NCBI GenBank assembly: GCA_973895155.1
Contig: OZ316896.1
Location: 7,957,539-8,021,538, forward strand
DNA length: 64,000 nucleotides
DNA from: Marsupella aquatica
Taxonomy: Eukaryota > Plantae > Marchantiophyta
Direction of reading: 5' to 3'
The translations under genes were made by a program, and so were the position numbers. Positions 12,743 to 25,304 of the stretch are shown here, piece by piece; within the stretch, counting starts at the first letter, position 1, and each line of letters opens with the position of its first letter. A model generated the notes under the pieces. The model made no database searches. It was not told where the DNA came from and saw nothing but the letters and a program-made list of their open reading frames with translations.

Positions 12743-14295
12743 TGTGGAATGGTGGCCTCTACTTTTTTCTTGAAAGTCAGTTTATTTTTAACATTTTTCC
12801 AGCATTTGTTCTATTCTGGACGCTTCTGACGCTTTTCAGAAGCGTCTGCCATCACCGACCTTTTTTTCGACCGACGCTACCAGAAGCGTCCACCCTAATA
12901 CTGATGATTTCAGAAGCGGCCAACTTCCTTTGACGCTACTAGAAGCCTCCATTAGAATTTACCCTAATACCAAGGTTTTAGCAGTTAGTGTCTCTTAGTT
13001 TAATTTCGAATGTTTAGTTTAGTTTGAGAACTCATTGTTCTTCCTCATTCAGGAGTGATCTTTTGATTCTCAGTACCAAAAGACATACCTTTTAGTGTCT
13101 CTCACCTTAGGTATTTAAGCTTCATTATTCTCTGAGTAAGCAAGGAGGAATCCGAAACTCAGGAATGAGAGTGATGTAGGATTCTCTTCCTTCCATTTTA
13201 GCAAAATATTGTAGAATGTTTTGTATGGAAGTAAAACTGCATATGTTGAAATTGTAGATGAATTCAAGAGATTCCTTTAGGTGATTGAATTCAATTGCAA
13301 ACTTCCGAGACTTATATTGAATTCACTGCTGGGCATACTTGTGAAGTCAAGGTTCGCCAGCCAATTCAAGAGTTGTTGTTTGATATGTGAAGAGCAAAGT
13401 TTGGTTCTCCCAGTATTCAGTACCGTTGCTTTGTTTGTGGAATATGGCTTAGAGTTTTGACTGAATGGTGTATCGTTGACGTCAAACCATGTTGCAGGCA
13501 TTTTAAGTCATATCATTACATTTGAAGCCAGAAAAGAGATAAGTAATCTCATCAGTTATCAGTCACTTTCATCAGTGTACCTGATATCAGTTGCCACCTC
13601 ATCTCAGAGAGGCCGCCAAGTTGCGATGCGAAAAAGAAAAAAAATGAAGAAAAAAAAGTTCTTGAATTTTTCTTCACAATTTGAAGGAAAATTTTTTTTT
13701 TCAAGATTTTTTTCGCCATGAGGCGTTTGTACTGTACGGACACCTATCTCGGCGAGCCCAGCCGAGATGGGAATAAAATTTCTGAATTTTTTTTTTTCGC
13801 CGAGATTGAATCAACCTCAGCTGCCCAGCTGAGATGAGCTGAAGTTTGAAGGCCCCATCTCAACTCCTCAACTGAGATTCTAAAATTTTTGAGATAACTG
13901 ATGATGTTGTGTACCCCACCAGAAAAGTACTTGTGAATCAAATTGAGAATTCCTTATCATGCAATTTTATGTAGTCAGGAGAGAAATCAGGGAGTTGTGA
14001 GATGTAGTTCATGTCTATACTAAGACCATAGTTCTTTCTAAAGGAGTGGCGATAGTAGTCTATAGTTTTCAAACCTCAAATTGTTTCCTTTTGACCCGTT
14101 AAACGGAAGTTCATTTACCATGGTGTTTTGTTTATTTGATCTTTTTATTGATAAGTAAGAAAAGTATGAGCTGAGCACTCTAGATTACTCAAAGTGGTAA
14201 ATTCATTCAATCCATTCCTATTTCGCTCTTAAAGGGATCGAAACTTGAGTCTTTAAGTAAAAAGATTTACTTTTGATTCTTTCCACTATACGACA
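12743..14295 (+). repeat. 3' LTR of family C (~1.55 kb)
   Basis: TGTGG directly after the PPT; ends CGACA exactly where subfamily B LTR homology resumes. The partner LTR is not in the window. Confidence 0.65.
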
Positions 14296-15880
14296 TTTGT
14301 TCCGGAACCTCCTCTGGTGTCCTTGCCTGCACGGGAAGTACCGGGGCAAAGATCTGACTTCGGGCATACCGGCACAACAGCGGCATGTGATAGCCAAGCC
14401 GGGACATGCTTCCCTTGCCGATCACCTGTTGTTCCTCCTTCAAGATCTTCTTCAGTTGGGTGAGGAGGTACCCGTTGTAGTCCCGGCTTGGGTCTGGTCT
14501 CTCCGCCAGGTAGACCTGTGCCTTGCCGATCTCTGGCCTCGGCAAGTTGCAGTGCATGGTTACCCGCAAGAAATTGATTATCTCTCCTATGTGCGGGTTG
14601 GTGCAGGTGTTCCGAAAGAAGCCATTCTTCGTTGATGGCCCTGGAAACGACCGGAACTCCTTGTCTGGCAAGGTCTTTCGAGTATCTACTTTGGTCTTAT
14701 TGCCCATTGGCAAGCCAAACACTTCGGCAATCACTCGGGGAGTGAGATAGAAATCCTTCCCATACACCCTTGTGGAATTGGTCTCCGGCTCCCAGGATCC
14801 CACAAATTCTAATAAGTCTGAATCCGGCATCTCCGGCTTCAGCTATGGTAACTTCACAAAGGCTTCCAAGCCAGATCCGGCCATGAAGCCCTGGTACTTC
14901 CGAGTCTACATAGCCGTAAAGCATGCATCCTCTTCACATGCAAAGTGTAATTGCACTTCCTCGGGGAGGGTCGCCGCCCAGCCTTTCCAGGTGTCATCTC
15001 TTGTCGGAACGGCATTGATGGGGTCGACCTCCTCTTCTTCGGCTTCTTCCTGCCTCCTGCTCCCTTGCTCGGCTGGCTTCCTTGGTGCCGCCGACCTCGT
15101 TCTCTTTGCAGGGGTGGTCTCTTCATTGATGTTCCCTTTCCTCTTCATAGCGGCTGCCATGGATGTTTCTCCTAGCACGGTTGCCTTCGTCCACCCCTTC
15201 GTGCTACCCTTCAACTCCCAGTGTATGTCATTGCAGTGGTTGATGGCTTCTCGGATGCCGACTATCCTGTTCTCACAAAACAAAAGATCGTCGAGTTCAT
15301 CGGCAGTAGGTGTCCACAGGACTTCAGCCATGATGAGTTCTCCTCCTAAGAAGGTAGACTTTTATAGCTCCCACAGTTGAGCGAGCTCCTGCCATTCTCG
15401 AGCGGCTCTCTTCGATTCTTCGTCCTTGTAGGTCCCAATGTACTCAATTGCCCGTTCTAACAGGCATCCCCAAAAATGAGCAGCTTGATTGACGTTGCTC
15501 ATACCCTTCTTCAATTGATTGTCGGAATCTGCTTCCACCCCAAGTGCTTGCCTGAGCAGCTGACAGTAGTTGGCCTCCCGTAGTCGTCTGCTTAGTTCGT
15601 GCTTGCAAATGAGCCACCATTCCTTGCGATCGATCTTTACCCCCCTCCTGCCTTGTCTTCCTTCCTGTTAGTTACCGATAGCCGCCGGTACTTAGCGCAT
15701 CCTAACCCTAATCGTGTTCCCTCTCCCGACGTCCTTAATTCCGGCCTCAGCTCAGGTTCCATAGTCACCCTTAATTGTTTATATTTTCCAGTTTTTTTGT
15801 TACTATACTAATGTGTTTCCAGGGTACACTACTGATTTTACTATTTAAATTGGCCTATTGATTCCTGGCTAGGCATCACA
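14296..15880 (-). mobile_element. 5' part of a subfamily B giant LTR with disrupted ORF, interrupted by the family C element
   Basis: LTR start TGTGATGCCTAGCC at 15880; ORF pieces 14906-15331 and 14267-14830 are homologous to the LTR ORF. Confidence 0.88.
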
Positions 15881-16345
15881 TCCTCTCTCTCCTCCTCAAA
15901 CGGTTGTGGTGATCCTCGTGCTTCAAGATCCACTTCTTCAAAAATCTCCTCCAAATCACTCATATGAGAATGCAAGAAAAAATGATGTTTTTTCAACTTC
16001 GTAAAACAACTCAAAACTTATCACCGTCGCGTAGCCCACAAGCCTAGCTCTCCAACGTTGAATTTAATCAGAATCAAAATGGAACTCCGGCGTAAAACTT
16101 ATTCACTTTTTGGTCGGGGTGGATAAAACTCGGAATTCTCCCCCGTTTTGACCACCTTGGGGAATAACCAAAATGTGAACGAGTATTGAATGTTGGAAAC
16201 ACAATTTGATTGGTGCACTGCGTGGCCAACTCCGATGGCTATCTCCTTGCCGAAGATGAACAAAAAAGTTACCATTAGGCGGACAGAATCTTTGACGGAC
16301 GGCCAAAAACACACTCTCTGTTTTTTGGGAATATTCCTACACAAA
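15881..16345 (-). mobile_element. Older Ty1/copia fragment (gag start and 5' UTR)
   Basis: Aligns by eye with 22660-23120 (GGTGATCCTCGTGCTTCAAG, AATCACTCATATGAGAA, CCCCGTTTTGACCACCT). Confidence 0.8.
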
Positions 16346-17792
16346 GCAGCAGGGCTCACAGCGGGCCATTCCCCCTATCCAAGCGATTAAAGTGGAGGGC
16401 GGCAGGTCCCGGGATGCGGCTACCAATCAGAAACCAGAGAATTAAAAAAAGGGCTAAAAGGGGGTTTAGGCCCCTCTAGGAAATGGGGCTTAGGCCCCTT
16501 TAGGAAATGGGGCGTATGGATGGCGGGGCCGGGAGTATAGTCGAGGGAGGAAGGTCGACAAAGCGGCTGCATATGCAGCCGCATACAAAACAAAAAACAA
16601 AACAAAAAACCGGGGCTGGGGGTTTCAGGCGCCGGAAGCGCGAGGGCCAGAGCAAAGGGGGGAGTGCGGGTTGAGGCCGGGTGACAACCGGCAGGCCGGC
16701 TGCGGGTTAAGAAGGGGAGGGCGGCAAGGTGAGCGCCTGCCGGGCGGGTAAGAAATGGTATACACGGGGGGTGCGCAAGGCGTATCGGGGGGCGCGTGTA
16801 AAACCAAACGTCGAAGGAGGGGGAGGACGGGGGATGGTGTGTGTATACACACACCAGGTAACCCCCATAAAAAACCGAAAAGGTACCCCCCCCCCACAAT
16901 ACAAAGGATTTAACCACCAAGGGCCCCAAATCACCTCGGCACCGGTAAGGGCCCCAAATAAATCAGTTTCCAATGTGAGGAGGAGAGAGAGAGAGAGATT
17001 CATTTTATACATATATAGATGTATCAATCCTGAGATATTTCAGGTCGTATTGCCACTTAAGCGCTGCGCATTGATTCAAAGTTCATCATAAACATAGCAT
17101 CCGCTGTTTTGTTTCATACATTCAGGATACAAATGCGCCATATGCATGTCAGAGACAACTCTATTTAGTAGAAACCAAATGCTACTGTTTACCATCAATA
17201 TATTTCCCATCCATGTTGATCATGACGACTCCTATTGGACTCTGTTTTTATTAAGTATAGAACCTATAGACAATTTTATATAATTACCACGCAGCACTGC
17301 TTAGCACCTTACTGGGTGTGTGGTAAGTGGAATAATACAAATGTATATACTTTTATCCTTAAATACCAAGATTCGGTCCCGTAAAGAATAAACAAAGCGA
17401 TTTACCAAGGTTTTGTGATGTTCGAAATCTTCAAGCAATTTCTTTGTTGTTTTTCCTTATATAATCCTGAAATGATTAGTATGTCACAAATGCTGAAATG
17501 AAATTCCTTAGGTTCGGCTTCTTCTCGATAGATTGAAAGGTTTTCTCTTCCCTCTAACTTCCTTATACACTTAGTAGTGATCGGTTTTACGTCATGAAGG
17601 TTGGTACAATTCCCATTTCAACTAGATTTCAAAGGCACACCTTAGTTATCCATTCAAATCTATTTCCTACAACTAATTCAAACATCAAAACTTGAATACT
17701 TAAGTTTGATTCATGAAATGTTTGAAATTCAATTGATGTGAGTGGTACAAGTCTTCTCCATTAAATTCTTTCTCCTAAGCCCAATTTGGCAT

Positions 17793-18249
17793 TGTTGAGC
17801 ATAGACGACGATCGCAACGGCAAGCCCATGAACCATCCAACGCACAATAGTCGACACAAGAGATATGTGGTTCACCTCCTTGAGGCTACGTCCACGGGAA
17901 CACACAAGAGAGCTTTACTGAACTCTAAGCCCGTCGGCTATACCGAGTCTCCACAGTGTAAGCTCTCCCTATCTCTCAAGTGGCTCCATAACAATGAGCC
18001 TTGGTTCTACCTCTCCAAGCACACATGCCTCTTATGATATAGTGTGCAACTTAGTTGTACCTAACCACATAGTTGTACCTAATCACGTAGTTGTACCTAA
18101 CCACATAGTTGTACCTAATCACGTAGTTGTACCTAACCACATAGTTGTACCTAATCACGTAGTTGTACCTAACCACGTAGTTGTACCAACCCACGTTGTT
18201 GTACCAACCACGTCATACCTAACCTAGACGTAAGAGTAAATACCCAACA
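17793..18249 (-). repeat. Copia 3' LTR containing an 18-bp tandem array
   Basis: TG...CA; about 9 copies of TAGTTGTACCTAAYCACR at ~18050-18212. Confidence 0.95.
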
Positions 18250-18440
18250 ATCTTCCCCTTGACTCTGGTCTAGGGGAGAGTAATACTGCCAATGTATATG
18301 ATCCCTCAGCGGGAAGTTCTGGACAGAAACCAAACCGGTTTCCCTCTCTAACTAGAGCAAACCAGAACTAAGCCGTAGCCTAATACATAGGAATGAGGAA
18401 GAGCATATATCAGTAATTACAATGAATGTTTAAGAAAACT

Positions 18441-21400
18441 CTACTTGTGATGCAATTGCAAAACCTGCAATACGTCACGGTGTCTAGAGAAACTCTCCAA
18501 AGGAATCACTTTGGTAAATGCGTCAGCCGGGTTGAGTTTACCATCAATCTTGACTAGCTCAAACAAATTATCAGACACAGCCTGCCTGATAAAATGGTAC
18601 CTGACGTCAATGTGCTTCACTCTGCTGTCCATCACCTGGTTCACAGCAAGGTGGAGCGCACTTTGACTATCACAATGGAGCTTCACATTCCCCTGTGGCA
18701 ATCCCATTTCAGTGATAAGTCTATCCAACCAAATCGCTTCCTTTGCTGCTTCCGCAGCTGCAACATACTCCGCTTCTGTAGTAGACTGAGCAATACACTT
18801 CTGCAAAGTAGACCTCCAACTTATGCATCCACCGCCAAGTATGAACACGTATCCTGTTGTTGATCTCCTTCGGTCCAAATCTTGTCCATAGTCAGAATCT
18901 ACATAGCCAATCAATGATCTAGCATTCTTTGCATTCGCATCAAATAAAAGACCATGATCCACGGTACCCTTCAAGTACCTGATAATCCACTTCACTGCTT
19001 CCCAGTGTACCTTCCCTGGATTCGACATGTACCTGCTCACCTTGCCCATAGCCATGGCAAGATCAGGTCTAGTGCAAGTCATCAAATACATGAGACTCCC
19101 CACTGCCTTGTCATATGGAACCTTTGACATCAACCCCTTCTCTGTGTCATCCGTAGGACAGAACGCTGATGATAACTTGAAGTGTGGAGCCAACGGGGTA
19201 CTTACCGGCTTGCTATTCTCCATGTTGAACCTTGCAATTACCTTCCTCGCATAACTGCTCTGCGTCAACCATAGCTTGCCAGCCTCCAAGTCCCTAGTGA
19301 TCTCCATACCCAAAATCCTCTTAGCTGGCCCTAAGTCCTTCATCTTAAACTCTGCACTAAGCAGTGCCTTGAGCTTAACAATCTCAGACCTATCCTTGGC
19401 TGCAATTAGCATGTCATCCACATAAAGTACTAAAACAATGAACCCAAAGACAACATTCTTCACCGGTTTCAAATACACACAAGGGTCAAATACACTTCTG
19501 TGAAAACCTTGTGACCGAATCCAATCGTCAAACCGCTTGTTCCACTGTCTTGGTGACTGCTTCAACCCATACAAGGATTTCAGCAATCTGCAAACCAATT
19601 CCTCCTGTCCTCTCTTCACAAAACCTAGCGGTTGTCTCATAAAGATCACCTCTTCCAATGTGCCATAGAGGAAAGCTGTGACAACATCCATCTGATCTAG
19701 GAGCAGACCAAACATTACAACAAGTACACACAATAGTCGTATTGTAGAGTACTTAGCAACTGGTGAGAAGACCTCATTGCAATCCACACCTTTCTCTTGT
19801 GTGAATCCCTTTGCTACCAATCTAGCCTTGTAGACCTTCGATCCACCTCCTATGGAATTATCCTTCAGCTTGTAAATCCACTTGCTGTCCACCACTTGCT
19901 GACCCTTAGGCAGCTTAACAAGCTCCCAAGTTTTGTTGTCCTTTAGTGACTGCATCTCCGTTTGCATTGCTGCAGTCCACTTATGCTTCTCTTTTGAAGC
20001 ACTTGCCTCATGAAATGAAGAAGGTTCTCCTTCTTCCAAAATTAACGCATCACCCTCATCATCAGCTGTAAAATCATCCTCTTGCAGTTGAGATGAATCA
20101 ACCCACTGTCCATACCTTGATGGAGCGCGTACAGTGCGACCAGATGTTCTTCTAGCCGATGACTCCGATTGATCTGCGTGTGCTGGTACAATTTGAAGCT
20201 CAACAGCATCCACTTGTTGCTCACCAGCATCAACAAACTCCTCTGGTTCCTCTGTCACAGGAACCAGCTCCATAATTGGAGCAACTCCTTCTCTCCGGTC
20301 ATGCACCTCATAACCAATCTCCCCCTCAACGAGATCCGGGATAGGAGATTTTCCTTTGTCAGTACGGGAGACCTGAGTATTCTCCCCCTCCTTCAATAAT
20401 CTGGATTCATTGAAGGAAACATCCCTACTGACAACGAGCTTACAGGCAATAGGATCCCATAGCCTATAGGCTTTCACACCACTCTGGTACCCAAGAAAAA
20501 CACATTTCCTGGAGGTAGGATCCAACTTGGTCCTATTCTGCTTTGGTGTGAGAGCATATGCATCACTTCCAAAAATTACCAAGCCATGATAGTCTGCTTG
20601 CCGCTTATAGCGCATCTCAAACGGCGTTTTGAAATTGATAGCACTAGAAGGAGAAAGATTTACCAAATAAGCTGCGGTATTGACAGCTTCTGCCCAAAAT
20701 TATTGTGGTAAACCTGATTGGCTCAACATACTCCGTGACCGCTTCAACAGTGTCCGATTGAGCCTCTCAGCGACACCATTCTGCTGCGGAGTATAAACTG
20801 TGGTGAGATGGCGAGTTATCCCCTGTTCTGAACAGTACTCTTCAAATTCCATTGAAGTGTACTCCCCGCCATTGTCTGACCTCAGACTCTTCACCCTTGT
20901 ATCCAAACACTTGATCGTGTTTCCAGTCTGATTCTCCACCTAGGCCTTCCACTTCTTAAAAATGGACAAGACATCAGACTTATGCGTCATGAAATAAATC
21001 CACACAAATCTTGAGTAATCATCAATAAATGATACATAGTACAACTTTCTAGAGTGTGAGGGAGTCGGGGATGGACCCCACACGTCACTATGTATGTACT
21101 CAAGAACCGCTTTGGAACGATGAGTTCCAACACCAAAAGCACGACGATGCTGCTTTCCAAGAATGCAATGCTCACAAAACTCTAATTTACAAGATTGCAA
21201 ATCAGAAATGAGTCCATTCTTCCGTAAGATAGCCAAACCCTTCTCACTCATGTGGCCTAGCCGTGAATGCCACAGTTGAGTCATCTCCTCGTGAGACTTG
21301 GTTACATTGGCCTCTCCACATACAGTATTGTCCTGTAACACATACAAATTCTTTTGTCTACTCCCCTTCAAAATCACTGTCTCTCCCGACCTGACTTGAA

Positions 21401-22748
21401 GTTCACCATCAATAACGCTCCATTGATGACCATTTGAATCCAACACACCGAGTGAAATCAGATTCTTACGCATGCCAGGTACATACCTGACTCCGGACAC
21501 TGTGCGCACAGCGCCATCAAACATTTGAATCTTCACAGACCCAATTCCCTCAATTTGACAGGAGTGATCATTTCCCATCAGAACTGAACCGTTTGAAACA
21601 GAGTAAGAACTGAAAAACTCACGAATGTGACAAATATGAAAAGAGCAAGCATAATCAAGAATCCACACATCATCTGCTCTCCTAGATGACGTGCACAGGG
21701 CATACCCCCAGCTTCATAAAACATACTCATCATTGAGTAAATCAGCTTCTCCATCAGCCCTAGCCACATTTGCCGATGAAGTTTCCGCTGCCTTTCCCTT
21801 ACAGTCTCGCTTGAAGTGTCCAACTTGGTTGCACTTCCAACATGTCACCTGCCTCCTCTGAGGGGATTTACCCTTGGACTTAGATCTGGATTTAGATCTA
21901 AACTGGGTTCTACGGTCCCCAGTTGGTCGCTGCATACTCCTCCCACGGTTAACATTGAGGGCAGCACCAGATGATGAAGGCTGTGACGTGATGTGCATCT
22001 TCTGCTGAAGATCATCACTAAGCAGAGAACTTACCACGTCATTGTATGAAATGGTATCCCTATCACGATGCAACAACACTCGTGATAGGGACTGGTAAGA
22101 TGGAGGCAATGAACTAAGAAGCTGCAGAGCCTTCGTCTCATCATTCAAAGTCTCCCCAAGGTTTTCCAAGTCAACGACCATGTCGTTGAAAGCATCCACA
22201 TGGTCTTGCAACTTCGTACCAGATTCCTTCATCCTGAAACTCATCAGTTTGTAGGAAGTGTAGAGCCGGTTCGACAACTCCTTGCGGTGATACTTGCTCT
22301 GCAATTCCGCAAACAAGGACATGCAATCCTTATGTGCACCTAACTGCTTGATGATGGGAGGCATGAGATAGAGTGTAACACACCACACTCCCTGCTCCTG
22401 CATGCGGTCCCATTGTTTCTCATCAACATCGTCTTCACGAGGGCTCAGCAGTTGGCCCATCCCTGACGCATAAAGCACTCCCTTCACCTGCTTCTCCCAT
22501 AGCAAGTAGTCAGAGCGCCCATCATACTTTGTCACTTCATACTTGGGTCCCCCAAGCTTGAAAGTCCCCATCTTCTTCTTTACCGTGAGCTCGGGTAGTA
22601 GTACTGCTTCCTCCACCACACGCCGCACCGGTGATGGTATCGGTGTCACGTGCTCTTCCTCCTGCTCCTCTCTCTGCCCCTGAAACCTCTGCGGTGATCC
22701 TCGTGCTTCAAGTTCCACGTCTTCGAAAAACTCCTCCGAATCACTCAT
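18441..22748 (-). pseudogene. gag-pol: Copia gag-pol polyprotein, single frame with three in-frame stops (21714, 20940, 20700)
   Basis: Zn knuckle CWKCNQVGHFKRDC, protease WILDYACSFH, GAG-pre-integrase LWHSRLGH, IN SDNGGEY/PQQNGVAER, RT KARLVAKG/LYVDDML, RNase H CDSQSA/KHIDVRYH. Confidence 0.95.
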
Positions 22749-23887
22749 ATGAGAAAGTCACAAAAAATGTTGTTTTTCACAACTTCTCAAAAAACTCGAA
22801 ACTCAACACCGCCGCGTAGCCCACAAAGCTAGGAGTCCAATACTGAAAACCAAAATCAAAATCGAAATTTGACGGAAAAGTTATTCAAATTTCAGTCGAG
22901 GTGGGTAAAACCTTGGGAAACTCCCCCGTTTTGACCACCTCAGGGAATAACCGAAATACCAAGTACAACCCGTTGTCGGAATTGCGATGTGATTGGTGCG
23001 CTGCATTGCCAACTTCAATGGCTACGACCTCGCCGAAAAATAACCAAAAAAGTTACCGTTCGGCGGATGAAATCTTTGTCGGACGGTCAAAAAATAGCTC
23101 TCTGGTTTTTTGGAATATTCTATGACCCTTGTACAGGCCCTGTGGGAATTTTGGAAGAACAATCGAGGGGCTGACATGTGTCCTCGAACCCCCAAAACCC
23201 CCTACCACCCTTCGTCGTCGAAATCTGGTCGCGCGCGCAGAAAATACACACGGCAGAATGTACCCCTTGACACCAAACGCAAGATATCTCACTCGGGTTT
23301 TGACGAAATCAAGATCCGATTTCAGATTTGGAAACTAGACTCCGAGGCGATGAAGATCGATATAAGAAGCACCCAAAACGAGGAAAGAACGAGGGAGAAA
23401 AAAATTGGTAAGATGACAGATTTCTCTCAATTGCCATAGCCAATTTCGAATCAGTTTTTCAAAGAGAAAAAAATGGTACTTTGTCAACAACGAATGTTGA
23501 TCAATTGCACTTGGTGCCGTCACCAAGTCCAACAAGGTAATTGATTTTGCTTAGCCTTCCTCTTTGCATCAAAGAGCCAATCCCGGACTCAAAAACAATT
23601 GTCTTGCCTCAATCTCTCCGTTGAGTCAAAACACTTGACGCTTCTCCCTCCGAGTCGATTGCCAACTTTCTTCACAAAATCCAGAACAATGAAAACTTAG
23701 ATCTCTCTGCACCACGAGCTCCGTTCAATGATTTCTTCACACCGTTAGAAAGCTCTTGCCCTGATCTATCCGTTGAGCCCATAAACTCCAAGTTCCAGGC
23801 GATGGAACTCTGGAAAATCCACCAACACTCAACGCTGGAAAAACCGTCATGAAATCCCGTCACGAACACACGTCACCTCCCAAGCAT

Positions 23888-23899
23888 GCTCTGATACCA
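23888..23899 (-). promoter_or_regulatory. Copia PBS (tRNA-iMet)
   Basis: TGGTATCAGAGC on the minus strand next to the 5' LTR. Confidence 0.93.
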
Positions 23900-23901
23900 A
23901 T

Positions 23902-24358
23902 TGTTGAGCATAGACGACGATCGCAACGGCAAGCCCATGAACCATCCAACGCACAATAGTCGACACAAGAGATACGTGGTTCACCTCCTTGAGGCTACGT
24001 CCACGGGAACACACAAGAGAGCTTTACTGAACTCTAAGCCCGTCGGCTATACCGAGTCTCCACAGTGTAAGCTCTCCCTATCTCTCAAGTGGCTCCATAA
24101 CAATGAGCCTTGGTTCTACCTCTCCAAGCACACATGCCTCTTATGATATAGTGTGCAACTTAGTTGTACCTAACCACATAGTTGTACCTAATCACGTAGT
24201 TGTACCTAACCACATAGTTGTACCTAATCACGTAGTTGTACCTAACCACATAGTTGTACCTAATCACGTAGTTGTACCTAACCACATAGTTGTACCAACC
24301 CACGTTGTTGTACCAACCACGTCATACCTAACCTAGACGTAAGAGTAAATACCCAACA
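23902..24358 (-). repeat. Copia 5' LTR
   Basis: Near-identical to 17793-18249. Confidence 0.95.
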
Positions 24359-25157
24359 GGCATGAGAAAAAGACCCACACTTGGTCAAAAATCAATGTTG
24401 AAGAAAAGACAATGAATCATGATCTTGGGAGTCCACTTGTAAGGCTCCCTCAAAAGGTTTAAGATGCCAAAAGGTTTAGAAGCCTAAAAACCTTTTCTCA
24501 TCTAAACTAAAGGTCCTAAAAGGTAAACTAAGACTAAGACTCTCTATATCTAATTCCTAAAGGTACACTAAACTATGTCCCTCTATATCCTACTCTATCT
24601 AACTCATGAAAAGGCTCAAGAGGTGAGAAAAGAGATAGAAAACGATTTAAGTAACATATGCCAAAAAACCTTGGAGAATTGGTTTGGGTTATTCTGAAGT
24701 TGGTCTTTTGGGACCAAACTTAAATTCTCCTTATAGCCCTTGATAAGATCTTTCCAACACACCAAAAATCTCCTCAAACCGATATCGGACCGATCCGCAA
24801 TCGTCCGTCAAAGTTGCTTCCAAAAGTCTAAACCGATTTTCCAACTTCCAAAGCGATTCTTCAGCTTCGGTTCTGAGCGATTTCTTTCGGATTTCTTTGA
24901 AAGCGATTGTTTGTCTGAAGCGATTCTTCCTTCCAAACTCAAACTTCTTAGCTTTCTTCCATAACATTCCTTTGAGGCTTAAAATGGATTAAGGGGTGAT
25001 GGATAAACCTAAATAAGCTTCAAGTAAGGTTTAAATGTTTTAAAATGGATCACTTTCACTCCGTAGTTCCTTTTTACCTTTCCACAGGGTGTATGCTGGG
25101 TGACGGTGTTTCTTCAATGCTGTGTCCACAGCATCAAGCATAGGCCGTAATCTATTC

Positions 25158-25304
25158 CCGGGAATGGACGGACTATATCCATTCACTTATCCAGTGTCTT
25201 CGTTCAGCCCCTGCCACTGGATTGACATTAGTCTTAGGAAACATAATGTTTGGTCCCATGTTTCTGCAGCATTGTCTAGACGGCTACGGGGAGACATGGG
25301 CCGG
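25158..25304 (+). ncRNA. Candidate structured RNA motif, copy 1
   Basis: Four hairpins (GAATGGA/TCCATTC, ATCCAGTG/CACTGGAT, GACATTA/TAATGTT, CCCATGTTTC/GAGACATGGG) closed by CCGG/CCGG. Strand inferred from G-U pairs. Confidence 0.5.

Larger units (their letters stand above)
8647..14295 (+). mobile_element. 3' half of a second Ty3/gypsy element (family C): integrase end, extra ORF, PPT, 3' LTR
   Basis: Integrase C-terminus, then PPT AAGTGGAGGGCTA (12730-12742) followed by TG...CA-bounded 12743-14295, which abuts an interrupted subfamily B LTR. Confidence 0.75.
17793..24358 (-). mobile_element. Complete Ty1/copia LTR retrotransposon
   Basis: 457-bp LTRs (17793-18249, 23902-24358) differing at about 2 sites, TSD GGCAT, tRNA-iMet PBS, PPT AAGGGGAAGAT, domain order gag-PR-IN-RT-RH. 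Confidence 0.97.
17319..25086. mobile_element. Solo LTR (family D, ~1.2 kb: 17319-17792 plus 24364-25086) split by the copia insertion
   Basis: Termini TGTGGTAAG / CTTTCCACA are inverted-complementary; 5-bp TSD GGGTG at 17314-17318 and 25087-25091. Confidence 0.75.

Noticed and set aside
16365-16410. Twister-ribozyme-like 3' end (AAAGTGGAGGGCGG)
   Set aside because: The required upstream UAA cleavage segment and pairing partners are not present.
18050-18212. CRISPR-like array or VVPNH-repeat protein (17994-18227, 24103-24336)
   Set aside because: Contiguous 18-bp tandem units without spacers inside a copia LTR; the ORF is a by-product of the repeat.
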